A stretch of 64,000 bases of DNA. Origin: Octopus vulgaris. Its lineage: Eukaryota. The stretch spans positions 16,616,001 through 16,680,000 of the forward strand of contig OX597836.1 in assembly GCA_951406725.2 (NCBI GenBank), in the 5' to 3' direction. Below, in pieces: positions 38,722-52,358 of this stretch. A model generated the notes under the pieces. It made no database searches. It was not told the origin of the DNA and saw only the letters and a list, made by a program, of their open reading frames with translations. Position 1 is the first letter of the stretch. Each line of letters opens with the position of its first letter. A program made the position numbers and the translations under genes.

Positions 38722-40350
38722 ATATTGAGTTTTTAACACAGCAAGTTCATAACAGATGTTATCTCAGGACAAAACACTGCAGTAACTGGCCCAGCAATTG
38801 TGTGTATATATTAAATACAACAAATATATATAGAGAGAGAGAGATAGACAGACAGATAGATAGGATCGGATAGATAAACAGGCAGACAGACAGATGTAAA
38901 CAAGAGCTTCCACACTGTTTCCATCAAGAAAAATCATTCACAAGTTATTGGTCAGGCTGGAGCTATAGTAGAAGACACTTGCATAAGGTACCATGTAGTG
39001 GGACTGAACTTGATATACATAGTTGTGAAGTGAAATTCTTAATTGCTCAGCCACATATATGTTGGTTTCGAATTTTGCAAATTTTGGATAAAGCAATTGC
39101 GTGGAATTTGAACTCAGAATAATAAGACAGATGAAATACTACTAAGCATTTTTGCCCAGTGTGCTAATAAATCTACCAGCCTGCCACCTTGATGATAATA
39201 ATAATAATGATGATGATATCAAATTTTGGCACAAGGCCTGCAAGTTCGTGGGAGGGAGCAAGTCAGTTACATCAATCCCAGTGTGCAACTGGTACTTATT
39301 TTATCAACCCAAAAGGATGAAAGGCTAAGTTGACCTCATCAGAATCTGAACTGAGAACATAAAGATGGATAAAAGAAATGTCGCAAAGCATTTTGTCCTG
39401 CATGCTAACGATTCAGCCAGGTCACTGCCTTACAGTCAAATACATATTATACCATAGAAACACTGATTACTTCTACCTATAACACACCATACCACATGTT
39501 TTTCACAAAGATATACAACTGAGGTGACTGAAATTCAATTAGACAGAGTCTTTGGTGGTAGTTTTGCTCAGACAAAAGCACATCATGCCAGTGAGGGGAG
39601 GAAGAGGAGGAGATACAAACCCTAAAATATAAATAGATGTAACAAAACACCTCAGACATTTAGTGAGGTATTTGAAAGACTATTTTTACCACATCCCCTC
39701 CCCCTTGTCATTTAAACGTATGTTATGCAGTCTTTGATAAAAGTATAATATCCTGTTACCTTATTTTTACTGTTCTCCAATGTTAGAACTGTCACAGTAA
39801 AAACTGGAGAAATGTCTATTTATCCTGAACATTACTGATGTAATTAAACAAAATCAATTTATAATCTTATTAGCAGCAGCATTTATCAACGTATTCATTA
39901 TCACTGTCATCATAATAGTCGTCATCATTTTTGTCATTATCATTATCATCATTATCGTAGTAGTCATTATCATCATTATCGTAGTAGTCATTATCACCAT
40001 TATTACTTTCACTTTGCAGTAACCTGTCCAACCCATGGAATGGCTTAGATCAGTTATTGTTGCTTTCCTAGATGGGTTGAACAACCACATCTTACCTACA
40101 AGTTTAATTTTTGATTTGGTTGTTACAGCTGGATGCCCTTCCTAATCAATCAATCAATTTATGCATGCATCTCCAGGTACTGCAATATCTATAATTTTGG
40201 TTTCCTTTTTTCCTTTATCTACCATGACAATGTCTGGTCTCTGAGCATCATTTAGGAAGCCACATTGGATTGTAAAATCCCATGGTATCTTATATCCATT
40301 GTTCTAAGGTGGCGAGCTGGCAGAAACGTTAGCACGTCAAGTGAAATGCG

Positions 40351-40489
40351 TAGCCGTATTTCGTCTGCCGTTACGTTCTGAGTTCAAATTCCACCGAGGT
40401 CGACTTTGCCTTTCATCCTTTTGATGAAAGGCAAAGTCGATATCTGCAGAATTTGAACTCAAAACGTAACGACAGACGAAATACCGCTA
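40351..40489. repeat. Fold-back of two inverted SINE B halves (67-bp arms, 5-nt loop)
   Basis: The core TCGACTTTGCCTTTCATC-CTTTT-GATGAAAGGCAAAGTCGA is perfect and extends imperfectly outward. Confidence 0.88.
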
Positions 40490-40975
40490 AGCAGTCAATA
40501 ACATCGACCTCAGTATCCAGCAGATACTTATTTCATCATGAAAGGGATGAAAGTCAACCCTGGCGGAATTTGAATTCAGATCATAAGGACACACAAAATA
40601 CTGCTAACGATTCTGTTAGATCACTACCTTACTTTACTGGTTTCAAATTTGGCACAGTCTCAGGGTAGGAGGTATGTCAATTATATTGACCCCAGTGCTT
40701 AACTGGTACTTATTTTATCAACCATGAAAAGATGAAAGGCAAAGTTGACCTGGGCAGAATTTGAACCCAGAACATAATGCTGCTAAGAATTTTGCCCAGT
40801 GTGCTAATGATTCTGCCAACTCGCCACCTTAATGTTTTTCATAATAATAACAAAGAAGTTGATGTTGATGGTGAGGTATATTAAAAATTTCTCAAAGAAA
40901 AGCCAAGAATACACATTTAATAGACAACCAGTAGTTATATGATTGGAAGTGGAGATACTTAGGGTTAGAGGTTGG

Positions 40976-41149
40976 TCAACAATGTTTCTTCTTCTTGATT
41001 TTGTCAATGATGTTGTTGTTAGAGAACAACTGTAGCCGCTCCCTCAGTGGAAGAACAGGGGCTTCAGACAGTTTCCACTCAAGAGACGATACACTTTGCT
41101 CTAGTTCAGAAATTTTCTTTTCGTATTCCTCCTTCATATGGCTCAGTTT
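40976..41149 (-). CDS. CCDC152: CCDC152-like terminal exon (KLSHMKEEYEKKISELEQSVSSLEWKLSEAPVLPLRERLQLFSNNNIIDKIKKKKHC*)
   Basis: TTGAAACAG acceptor, 58 codons ending in TGA. Has a basic C-terminal tail as recalled for CCDC152. Confidence 0.85.
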   Translation of the reverse strand, partial: KLSHMKEEYEKKISELEQSVSSLEWKLSEAPVLPLRERLQLFSNNNIIDKIKKKKHC

Positions 41150-41216
41150 CTGTTTCAAAGACAAGATATACATACAGATATATATATGCATGCACACGCA
41201 CACATACATACACACA

Positions 41217-41268
<52 letters not shown>

Positions 41269-41296
41269 ATTGTTTCCTGACCACTAGTACTGAGTT

Positions 41297-41710
41297 GCAG
41301 GAGTGGCTGTGTGGTAAGTAGCTTGCTAACCAACCACATGGTTCCGGGTTCAGTCCCACTTCGTGGCATCTTGGGCAAGTGTCTTCTGCTATAGCCCTGG
41401 GCTGACCAATGCCTTGTGAGTGGATTTGGTAGACGGAAACTGAAAGAAGCCTGTCGTATATATGTATATATATATATACGTGTGTGTGCGTGTACGTGTT
41501 TGTGTGTCTGTGTTTGTCCCTCTAGCATTGCTTGACAACCAATGCTGGTGTGTTTATGTCCCCGTCACTTAGCGGTTCGGCAAAAGAGACCGATAGAATA
41601 AGTACTGGGCTTACAAAGAATAAGTCCCGAGGTCGATTTGCTCGACTAAAGGCGGTGCTCCAGCATGGCCGCAGTCAAATGACTGAAACAAGTAAAAGAG
41701 TAAAAGAGTA
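41297..41710 (+). mobile_element. SINE family A, near full-length low-divergence copy
   Basis: Almost identical to 52776-53185 and to the reverse complement of 59590-60007. Confidence 0.85.
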
Positions 41711-42745
41711 CTGATCCCACATTTAAACACTCTTATTCTTTTTCTGCCAAACATCCTGGATCCCTGTCGTCTCTCTATCATCGCTCTGTCCCCTAGGTTA
41801 CATAATATTTTTTCTCCTCCCTACCATTGAAGTCATATTGCCTTGAAAAGTCATACCCCTCTTGAAATACAGAGATAGTGCCCCTTTCACTCCTTCCACT
41901 ATTACTTAATCCCTCTCAACACTATCACTCATGCCTTTATTATTCATAGAAAAATGAGTAATCTGAGACATGGGGTTGTGAAGCCTCTTCCATTGCAATA
42001 AGGACATGGCTACCCCACTAGTGCTGGTGGCATGCAAAAACAAAAAACAAAAAAAACACCTAGTACATTCTGTAAAGTGGTTGGTGTTAGGAAGGACAAC
42101 CAGCCATAGAAACCATGCTAAAAGGAAATGCAAGCAAGGTGAGCTTCCACTGCCCTGTCTAAGTCCAACCCATGCCAACATAGACAGTGGATGTAAAATG
42201 ACAGGGATGATGATGATGATGATGGTGATAATGATTATCACCATTCTCTCTTCCTCTCTCTTGTTCTTTCTCTCTCCCCCTCCCTCACTCTCTACATGCA
42301 CACAATTAAGAGCTAAGCTTCACTCATCGCTTAACACATGGTGGGATACTGAATGCTATTCTGTTCAGTGAATGGATAAGGCAGCGAGTTGGCAGAAACG
42401 TTAGAGCACCGGGCGAAATGCCAAGCGGTATTTCGTCTGCCGCTACGTTCTGAGTTCAAATTCCGCCAAGGTCGACTTTGTCATTCATCCTTTTGGGGTC
42501 GATTAAATAAGTACCAGTTGTGCACTGGGGTCAATGTAATCGACTTAATCCCTTTGTCTGTCCTTGTTTGTCCCCACTATGTTTAGCCACTTGTGGGCAA
42601 TAAAGAAATAAGAATGGATAAGTTAGAATCCTCTGTAGGCTGTTGAGGAGTTAAGGAAACGCTTTAGATTTACAATGTAGTGTAACCAATAGCAACAACT
42701 AAACTCAGAACCATAGCGTAACCATTGACACCGTAAATGACTTAC

Positions 42746-42832
42746 TTTCCTGAAGATTTCTTGGTCACATGACTGTTTCGATAAAGCTGATTGGTTCTTT
42801 TGCCTTTGCAGGAGTTTCATCTTTGTCTCAAA
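42746..42832 (-). CDS. CCDC152: CCDC152-like exon (FETKMKLLQRQKNQSALSKQSCDQEIFRK)
   Basis: TTTCAG acceptor, AAA|GTAAGT donor, phase 0/0. QEIFRK|KLSH parallels recalled human QSIYRRKLQH. Confidence 0.88.
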
Positions 42833-43176
42833 CTGAAATTTTAAAAATAGATGTAAATCCATTTAAGAATTTGGGTTAATGTCAATGGGTAAGAAACTTC
42901 TGGAAAACTCTTAGAAAAATTGCATTTTATATTTTTCTCCTCCATTTGCTTTCTCTTTTTCTTGCCTTTCTTCCACATATGCTCACTCCATATTGTTTAG
43001 CCTCACTGATATACAGTATAGGTGCAAGCATGGCTGTGTGGTAAGAAGTTTGCTTCGTGGTTCCAGGTTCAGTTCCACTGCATGACACCACCTTGGGTAA
43101 ATGCCTTCTACAACCACCACAAGCCAATCAAAGCCTTTTAAGTGGATCGGGTAGACAAAAACTAAATGAAGCCTCT

Positions 43177-43210
<34 letters not shown>

Positions 43211-43881
43211 TGTGTGTGTGTTTGTGTTCGTCCCCATTACATATAGGCACAGGAGTGGCTGTGTGGTAAGGCGGCAAGCTGGCAGAAACGTTAGCACGCC
43301 AGGCGGAATGCTTAGCAGTATTTCGTCTGCCGTTATGTTCTGAGTTCAAATTCCACTGGGGTCGACTTTGCCTTTCATCCTTTCAGGGTCGATAAATTAA
43401 GTACCAGTTATGCACTGGGGTCGATGTAATCGACTTAATCCCTTTGTCTGTCCTTGTTTGTCCCCTCTATGTTTAGCCCCTTGTAGGCAATAAAGAAATA
43501 AGTAGCTTGCTTCCCAACCACATGGCTCTGGGTTCAGTTCCACTGCGTGGCACCTTGGACAAGTGTCTTCTACCATAGCTTTAGGCCAACCAAAGCCTTG
43601 TGAGTGGATTTGGTAGATGGAAACTGAAAGAAGCTTGTCATACATATATATGTTTGTTTGTGTGTCTGTGTTTGTCCACCCCCCCCCCCCCCCATAACCA
43701 CTTAACAACCAGTGTTGGTGTGTTTATGATCCTGTAACTTAGCATTTTGGCAATAGAGACCAATAGAATAAGTACCAAACTTTAAAAGATAAGTACTGGG
43801 GTTGATTCATTTGAATAAAAATTCAAGGCGGCGCCCCAGCATGGCCACAGTCTAATAAATGAAACAGGTAAAAGGTAAAAG

Positions 43882-43914
<33 letters not shown>

Positions 43915-43940
43915 CAAAATAAGCAAGAAGAATGATTCCG

Positions 43941-44035
43941 GTAATTTGGTACGATCGTTTCATACTACATCATTTTATTAAATGTTGTAAGTATTACAAC
44001 AGTTTTAAAATGCTGAGCACTCATCAGCCAATTAT
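43941..44035 (-). ncRNA. Type I hammerhead ribozyme motif, copy 2, intronic and sense to the CCDC152-like gene
   Basis: Identical to copy 1 within the motif except AGTAC>AGTAT, which gives a G-U first pair in stem II. Confidence 0.72.
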
Positions 44036-44104
44036 AGAGGTTTTCCATATATATATATATATATATATATATACAAACATACCCTTACATAAACACACAA
44101 AAAC

Positions 44105-44162
<58 letters not shown>

Positions 44163-44238
44163 TCTAACCTCTCGAAGACAGTTTCAAGTGACAGCCATAA
44201 GCATCCCATGAAAGACAAAGATGCAGCTGATAAGTTAC

Positions 44239-44366
44239 CTCCATCTTGAGACAAATTATTTCATTTTGTTTCTTTTCTTCCTGGTTTTTCAAAGTTCCCT
44301 GCAATTGCCTGTTCTTATCTCTCTCTTCCTCTAGCTGCTGTTTCAGCTCATTGACCATTTCATCTC
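44239..44366 (-). CDS. CCDC152: CCDC152-like exon (RDEMVNELKQQLEEERDKNRQLQGTLKNQEEKKQNEIICLKME)
   Basis: TTCTAG acceptor, GAG|GTAACT donor. QEEKKQNEIICLKMEF closely parallels recalled human CCDC152 QEKEKQNEIIKLQLEF. Confidence 0.88.
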
Positions 44367-45747
44367 CTAGAACGAAGCCATACATAGCGTGTGAGTGCTG
44401 TGGTCAATTAGTGACCAAAATATAAACCAGTTATCACCTTCATCCTCCACCTTACCATCATCATCATTTAACGTTCATTTTCCCCTGCTGGTATGGCTGT
44501 GTAGCTTTCCAACAACATAGTCCCACTGTGTGGCACCTTGGGTTCAGTCCCACTGTGTGGAACCTTGGGCATGTGTCTTCTACTATAGCCTCGGGCCAAC
44601 TTGTAAGTGGATTTGGTAGACGGCTGCGAAATGCTTAGCAGTATTTCGTCTGCCGTTACGTTCTGAGTTCAAATTCCACCGAGGTCGACTTTGCCTTTCA
44701 TCCTTTCGGGGTCGATAAATTAAGTACCAGTTACGCACTGGGGTCGATGTAATCGACTTAATCTGTTTGTCTATCCTTGTTTGTCCTCTCTGTGTTTAGC
44801 CCCTTGTGGGTAGTAAAGAAATAAGTTTGACAGGTTCTGGCAAGCCGGAGGACCATACCAAGCGCCAATGTCTACTTTTTTACATGGTCTCTAAAGTTGA
44901 ATGCTTTTCTTAATGCCAATCAATTTACAGACATTATTGGGTGCTTTTTACCTGGTACCTGCACCAGTGAGGTCACCAAGTAACTCATAAGACAAGACCA
45001 AGTAATATCCAGGACCCTTTACTAAGCCTCCAAGAGTGGATGGGTGAGAGTGAGGGAATAAAAGTATCTTGAAATTGGAGAATGCTTCTAACAGAGGGGA
45101 CTACACTAAAGGCATATCAAGGACCAGGAGGTGAACATAAAACCAGCCATGAGATTTAATCAATTGCCCAGGTGAGCTACAGCAGGATTTGAACTCTGAA
45201 TGCAAAGAGTAGGAAAAAATTTCCCCACTAGGCACCCTGATCAATACCCTAATGATTCTATGATAAATAAAGGACCAGAGACTCATTTGTCAGTTTGAGA
45301 ATCCACCAATGTAATTAATATGTCTTTCCCTTTTTTTGAAATGACAGAAAGTAATTTGAGAGGCTTGGCTACTATTTCTAGCAGGAGATAGCTACCATCC
45401 TTACAGCTACCATCCTTATAGCCACCATCCATGTGTCCATCCCACCTCCATTTGGTAAAATGTTATTTATTTTGCAGGCCAGTCAGTGTCTGCTTGGATG
45501 GTAACAGACACCTCTCTTACTTCCACATTCATTAACGGTAGAAATATGATGACAGGTGGGGTGGGGGGTAGTGGTGATGATGGTGACAACAATAACAATT
45601 GCTACAATAATGATGATGACAACAACGACCACAAGAATGACAGCATGACAACAATGATGATAGTGAGGGTGGATGGTGTGATGTGGTGATGGTGGTGCTA
45701 GCTACGAGGGTGACATGCCAACAGTGGTGGTGGTGGTGGTGGTGGTC

Positions 45748-45779
<32 letters not shown>

Positions 45780-46079
45780 GGTGGTGGTGGTGGTGGTGGT
45801 GGTGGTGGTGAGGAGGAGGAGGAGGATAAAAATAGAATTTTCCCAGAATAACTTAACCTATTGTCTATTTTTGAAATCCATTAAAACAAAAGACAGGTAT
45901 TAATAGCTGAATATAATAGTAAATCCTGTTTTTTCTTTTTCTCATAGACACCACCTCCACTATCACCACCACCACCACCAACACCACCACTACCATCACC
46001 TTCAGATCACTCATTGTCTTACACTCACAAATATGTATACACACTCTCACACTCACATACCTACAATCACACATTCAGT

Positions 46080-46110
<31 letters not shown>

Positions 46111-46609
46111 CATATACATTCTCACTTCTCTCCAACAATACAAACTACCTACATATATATATATATATACACACACATATATATTTATATACACATACTC
46201 TTAAACACAAACACATATACATACATGCACATACATACACACAGTATACTTACATCTGTGAGAAAATATGTCTGTCACACACTCAACCGGCTATTTATAT
46301 ATTTATTCACCCACTAAATATATTTTTAGCATTCCTGTGAGAGCTAGAAGGAGGGGGTCTGATTTCCTATCAATCTGAGAAGGGACAGAGCCCACAGACT
46401 GTCAGATAATTAGGTCAGGTGAGTTGAGTTACTTAATGTTTGCGAATTTGCTATAAGCATTGAATCAACCCTTCTCCGTGGCTCTTCAGCATGGACACTG
46501 GACAAGGGACCTGAAAGGAAGTTTGACGGTACACACACTCACTCAGAGACACCTTGAAAGTAAACTGGCACCGTCATTTTCTTTCATGGACATTTGTTGG
46601 TCAAAGAAG

Positions 46610-47440
46610 AATAATAATAATAATAATTAAATTATTGTATACAGTGCTCAGGTGCACCACAACTTGTCAGAAAGTGCATATAAAGTACATGCAGTAATGT
46701 GGAAATGTCTGGAAAGCGAACAATGTATGAGTCAGATACATGCCTGTGTGTGTATGGAGGGGAGAAAATCAGGTGTTGTGTTGGCGAATCTCAGGAAGCA
46801 TGGAAGTTTTGAAGGATGCAGTACTCCGACAACTAACAACTGATGCCGGCAGTTTGTTCCATGCTTCATTCCCATCTAGCTCCTCTGCTATAATAATAAT
46901 AATAATAATAATGAAATTATTGTATACAGTGCTCAGGCGCACCACAAGTTGACAAAAGTGTGTATAAAGCATATGCAGTAATGTACAAATGTCTGGGAAG
47001 TGAACAGTGTATGAGTCAGATACATGCTTGTGTGTGTATGGAAGGGAGAAAATCAGGTGTAGTGTTGGCGAATCTCAGGAAGCATGGAAGTTTTGAAGGA
47101 GGCAGTGCTCCGACAACTAACAACTGACGCCGGCAGTTTGTTCCATGCTTCGTTCCCATCTAGCTCCTCTGCTATAATAATAATAATAATAATAATAATG
47201 AAATTATTGTATACAGTGCTCAGGCGCACCACAAGTTGTCAAAAGTGCGTATAAAGCATATGCAGTAATGTACAAATGTCTGGGAAGTGAACAGTGTATG
47301 AGTCAGATACATGCTTGTGTGTGTATGGAGGGGAGAAAATCAGGTGTAGTGTTGGCGAATCTCAGGAAGCATGGAAGTTTTGAAGGATGCAGTGCTCCGA
47401 CAACTGACGCTGGCAGTCTGTTCCATACCTCAGCAACTCG
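46610..47440 (-). mobile_element. Tandem triplication of the CR1/L2-type LINE 3' end
   Basis: Three units of approx. 285 bp joined by TTCCCATCTAGCTCCTCTGCTA. Confidence 0.85.
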
Positions 47441-48453
47441 ATGGAGTTAAGTCACAGAAGCACTCTGACTCATTTGGAGCCAATCAGCAACATCAGCTGC
47501 TTTACAGCAGGGATTATATTCAACAATCCACCTGTGACAGTCTGTCAGAGGGTCCAAGTCAACCTGTGCAGGATACTGTTGATTTCTTTCCTTCACTGTT
47601 GACTGTAGCAAGAGGAATCCCAAGGTTTTGTACCATCTTATGCTGGCTAAGTCCACCCTCAGATTGACCCACTATATGCCTGCTTGAAAACCAGAAATTC
47701 CTTTTGTCTCTAGTGCTCATAGCAAGGCTAGTTGCAATAAGCAATTAATATGCTGTAATCTGAAATGAAAAATAATAATTCATTAGGTGTGGCTGTGAGG
47801 TATAAACTTTGCTTCCCAACCACATGGTTCCAGGTTCACTTCCACTACATGACACCTTGGGCAAGTATCTCCTATTATAGCCTTGGGCCAACCAAAGCCT
47901 TGTGAGTGGATTTGGTAAATGGTAAATGGAAAGTGAACAGAAGCCCATCATATATATATATCTATTTATGTGTGTGTGTGTTTTTTCTCTGTGCTTGTCC
48001 TCCACCACGGCATGCCAACAGGAGTTGGTGTGTTTACAACCTTGTAACTTAGCGGTTCACCAAAAAGATCGATAGAATAAGTAGCAGGCTTAAAAAGAAA
48101 ATAAATACTGTGGTCGATTAGTTTGACTAAAATTCCTCAAAGTGGTGCTCTAGCATGGTCGTAGTCTAATAACTGAAACAAGATAAAAGTTTCAGTCTCC
48201 GTCAACCAAATACACTCAACAAGGTTTTGGTTGACCCAGGGCTACAGTAGAACACTTGCCCAAGGCAACATGGCTAGGAGGCAAGCTTCTTAACACACAA
48301 CCACACCTGATGCTCCACACCTTGGTTTTCAGATCACATATACCATGTGTCCCTGAGCATCATAAAAAGGGAACAGAAGGTTTGATGAGAGGAATGAACA
48401 TCCAACTGTTAAAACACTGCTACAGATAAAACCTCCTAACCATGCCTGTCGTA

Positions 48454-48520
<67 letters not shown>

Positions 48521-48759
48521 GTGTGTGTGTGTCTGTCCCTCTAGCATTGCTTGACAACCGATGCTGGTATGTGTATGTCCCTGTCACTTAGCGGTTCAGC
48601 AAAAGAGACCGATAGAATAAGTACTGGGCTTACAAAGAATAAGTCCCGGGGTCGATTTGCTCGACTAAAGGCGGTGCTCCAGCATGGCCGCAGTCAAATG
48701 ACTGAAACAAGTAAAAGAGTAAAAGAGAGAGAGAGTATGCCAACCCATGTTGAAGTAAA

Positions 48760-49060
48760 ATGATGATAATAATGATGATGACGGTGGTGGTGGTGGTGGT
48801 GGTGGTGACGGCGGGGGCAGTGGTGGTGATGGTGGCGGCGGTGGTGGAAGTGGTGGCAACAGTGACATCAGCGGCGGTGGCGGGAGTGTCAGCAGCGACG
48901 GCAGTGTCAGCGGCGGCGGCATTGTCAGCGGCGGCGGCATTGTCAGCGGCGGCGGCATTGTCAGCGGCGGCGAGGGCGGCGACGGTGACAGTGGCGGCAG
49001 CGATGGGAGCAGTGGCGGCAGCGATGGGAGCAGTGGCGGCAGCGGCGGTGGTGGTTGCCA
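48760..49060. repeat. GC-rich (GGT/GGC)n tract with an 18-bp sub-repeat TGTCAGCGGCGGCGGCAT
   Basis: Directly visible. Confidence 0.85.
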
Positions 49061-49359
49061 CATGAATTTATGCTCATTCTGAAACAAGCTGGGAGGCTGT
49101 CTTATTTGAGAATTATTGATCTGCTAGAAATAGTAGTCAAATATTCTTCCAATGACACCATACTGTCTGGGGCAAAAATGGAACGTTGCATATCATAATG
49201 CTGGATAGATTATGTGACAATTAAATAAATAAGCTGTATATGATCACAGCTGGAATGTCTTTGTTCGGAAGGTCTGTTGAATAAAAGCTGATCAGGAAAC
49301 AACAGCAATAGCAACAAGCACAAACCACATGACAAAAAGGCAGACTAGCCAGCAAGCTG

Positions 49360-50510
49360 ACACAATCACTGCCACCACGGCCACCACTAAGTCCACCACG
49401 GCCAACACTAACTCCACCATGGCCACCACTAACTCCACCACTGCAAGCCCCACCACCAGTACTACCATTACCACCACACCACTACCACCACCACCATCAC
49501 CATCTCCTCCACCACCAGCATTACCACCAGCACTGCTAGCACTACCACCACCAACCCTAACTCCACCACTGCAAGCCTCACCACCAGTACTACCACTACC
49601 ACCACCACCACTACCACCACCACCATCACTACCATCACCATCCCCACCATCAGCATTACCGCCAGCACTGCTAGCACTACCACCACCAACCCTAACTCCA
49701 CCACTGCAAGCCTCACCACCAGTACTACCACTACCACCACCACCACTACCACCACCACCATCACTACCATCACCATCCCCACCATCAGCATTACCACCAG
49801 CACTGCTAGCACTACCACCACCAACCCTAACTCCACCACTGCAAGCCTCACCACCAGTACTACCACTACCACCACCACCACTACCACCACCCCCATCACT
49901 ACCATCACCATCCCACCATCAGCATTACCGCCAGCACTGCTAGCACTACCACCACCAACCCTAACTCCACCACTGCAAGCCTCACCACCAGTACTACCAC
50001 TACCACCACCACCACTACCACCACCACCATCACTACCACCATTACCACCACCAGCATCACCATCTCCACCACCAGCATTACCTCCAGCACTGCTAGCACT
50101 ACCACCACCAACCCTATCACCACCACTACAAGCCTCACCACCAATACTACCACTACCACCACCACCATCACAACCACCACTACCACCACCACCATCACTA
50201 CCACCATTACCACCATCACCACCACCAGCATTAACCCCAGCACTGCTAGCACTACCACCACCAACCCTAACTCCACCACTGCAAGCCCCACCACCAGTAC
50301 TACCACTACCACCACCACTATCACTACCACAACCACCATCACTAACACCATTACCACCATCACCATCTCCAGCACTAGCATTACCTCCAGAATTGCTGGC
50401 ACTACCACCACCAACCCTAACTCCACCACTGCAAGTCCCACCACCAATACTACCACTACCACCACCACCACCACCACCACTACCACCACCACCATCAACA
50501 CCATAATTAC
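49360..50510. repeat. (ACC)-rich minisatellite with approx. 120-140-bp higher-order units
   Basis: CCAGCACTGCTAGCACTACCACCACCAACCCTAACTCCACCACTGCAAGCC recurs about 7 times. Confidence 0.9.
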
Positions 50511-51856
50511 ACTACAATAATTCACAGCTGTCTGACCTGAAAATGTAAATTTGTAAGCACATAATTAAAAAAAAAGGTTGACAGTAACGACATTAGTCTG
50601 TGAGAGTATCTCAACACATTATCATTGAAACTATGCAATGTAGTAGTGAAACCTCCCTACATTTTAGAATAAACTATACATGACAATAACAACAGATAGA
50701 AGAACACAAACCAATTGATTCTTTAATTGCTTAACAACATTGCTTCTATGCTAGAGAGAAAGAGAGAAGGAGAGAGAGAGAGAGAGAGAGCATCTTGGCC
50801 TGCTAGAAACAGAAGTCAGAGCTTAACCGAATTATACTGTATTGCGTAGGATGCAGGCATGACTGTGTGGTAAAAAGTTAGCTTCCAACCATATGGTTCT
50901 GAGTTCAGTCCCATTGCATGGCACCTTGGGCAAGTGGCAAACAGACAGATAGATAGGTAGATGGATAGATGGATAGATAGAGAGATAGAGATAGATGGAC
51001 AGACAGACAGATAGATAGTGGCGACCTACTGTTGGCATGTGGTCTGTGTGTAGCCTTGTTGCTAGTTCTAGAGTTAGTGGGTAAGAGGCTCTATGTGTCC
51101 TAGGACTTGAGGAAGCACTAACTTACTTACTCACTATTATACCCAATTCTCTAATTCTGCCAATTTGCCTCCAACAAAACAGAGGACCAAGACTTCTAGC
51201 GGTTTACTGTGCTTGAGAAGATACATCAAGCTAAGTAATATCATGGTTGTCCTTATATATGGGCATGTCCATTACATCCCTCTTTCAGCTGAGCAATCCT
51301 AATATTGCAGGCGCATGGGACCTGGTGTCACATAAAAGGCAGCTGTGCTGGTACCATGTAAAAGCACCCATGCTAGTGCTGCATAAAAGCACCCAGCACA
51401 CTCTGTAAAGTGGTTGGTATTAAGAAGGCCATCCAGCCATAGAAACCATGCCAACACAGACATGTGGCCCCAGCAGCTCTTCAGTTGGCCAGCTCCTGGA
51501 AAACCGTCCAACCCATGCCAGCATGGAAAACAGATATTAAATGATGATGACAACAACAACGATGACAACAACAATGACAACAAATACAAAGAGTATCCTT
51601 CCTCTTTTAAAAACAGTAGGACATATGATATATGCTGCTATTTCTAGGAGGTTGGGAAACTACTTAGAGATTCTTTTGGCAACAGGTAATAGTATCATTA
51701 ATAGACTGTCTGACGAAAAAATAAAGATGGTATGGTCTTGATTGGAATGTTTTTGATCATTGGTCAACTTGAAGTTTCACTTGGTGATAAATGCCAGAAC
51801 CACAACAAACAAAATCAACAATAACAACAACAACAGTATCAATGAAGAAACTTAAC

Positions 51857-51959
51857 TCTCTTCTGTGAAACTCCGTGCCATCTCAGAGATGTTTCTACTG
51901 TGTTCCAACTGTAATTTCTTCAGGCTTTCTTCATGTCTCTCTTTGGCATCTTTTAGTTC
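51857..51959 (-). CDS. CCDC152: CCDC152-like exon (ELKDAKERHEESLKKLQLEHSRNISEMARSFTEE)
   Basis: TTCTTCAG acceptor, A|GTTAAG donor; phase 0 in, 1 out; coiled-coil composition. Confidence 0.8.
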
Positions 51960-52325
51960 CTGAAGAACGGTCATTGTTAGAAGGACAATATGGTGGAGAA
52001 GAATTTGGACTGGAACATTTCAAACTCACGCATGCATATACATACACATAAATACACAAACAAATTCACACTCATAGTGTAACACACATACATTCACAGG
52101 CATATACACAGGGACACACCCACCCACTCTCTCTCTCTCTCTCTCACACATATACTTACATACACACTTATATGCACTCACATCTGAACACACATACACA
52201 TACATTCACACTCTCACACTTTTATATACACACAAATACACCAACACACACTCAAACACAGACATACATTCACATATATACACACAGATACACGTGCACG
52301 CATGCATAAGTGTGCATGCGCATGC

Positions 52326-52358
<33 letters not shown>

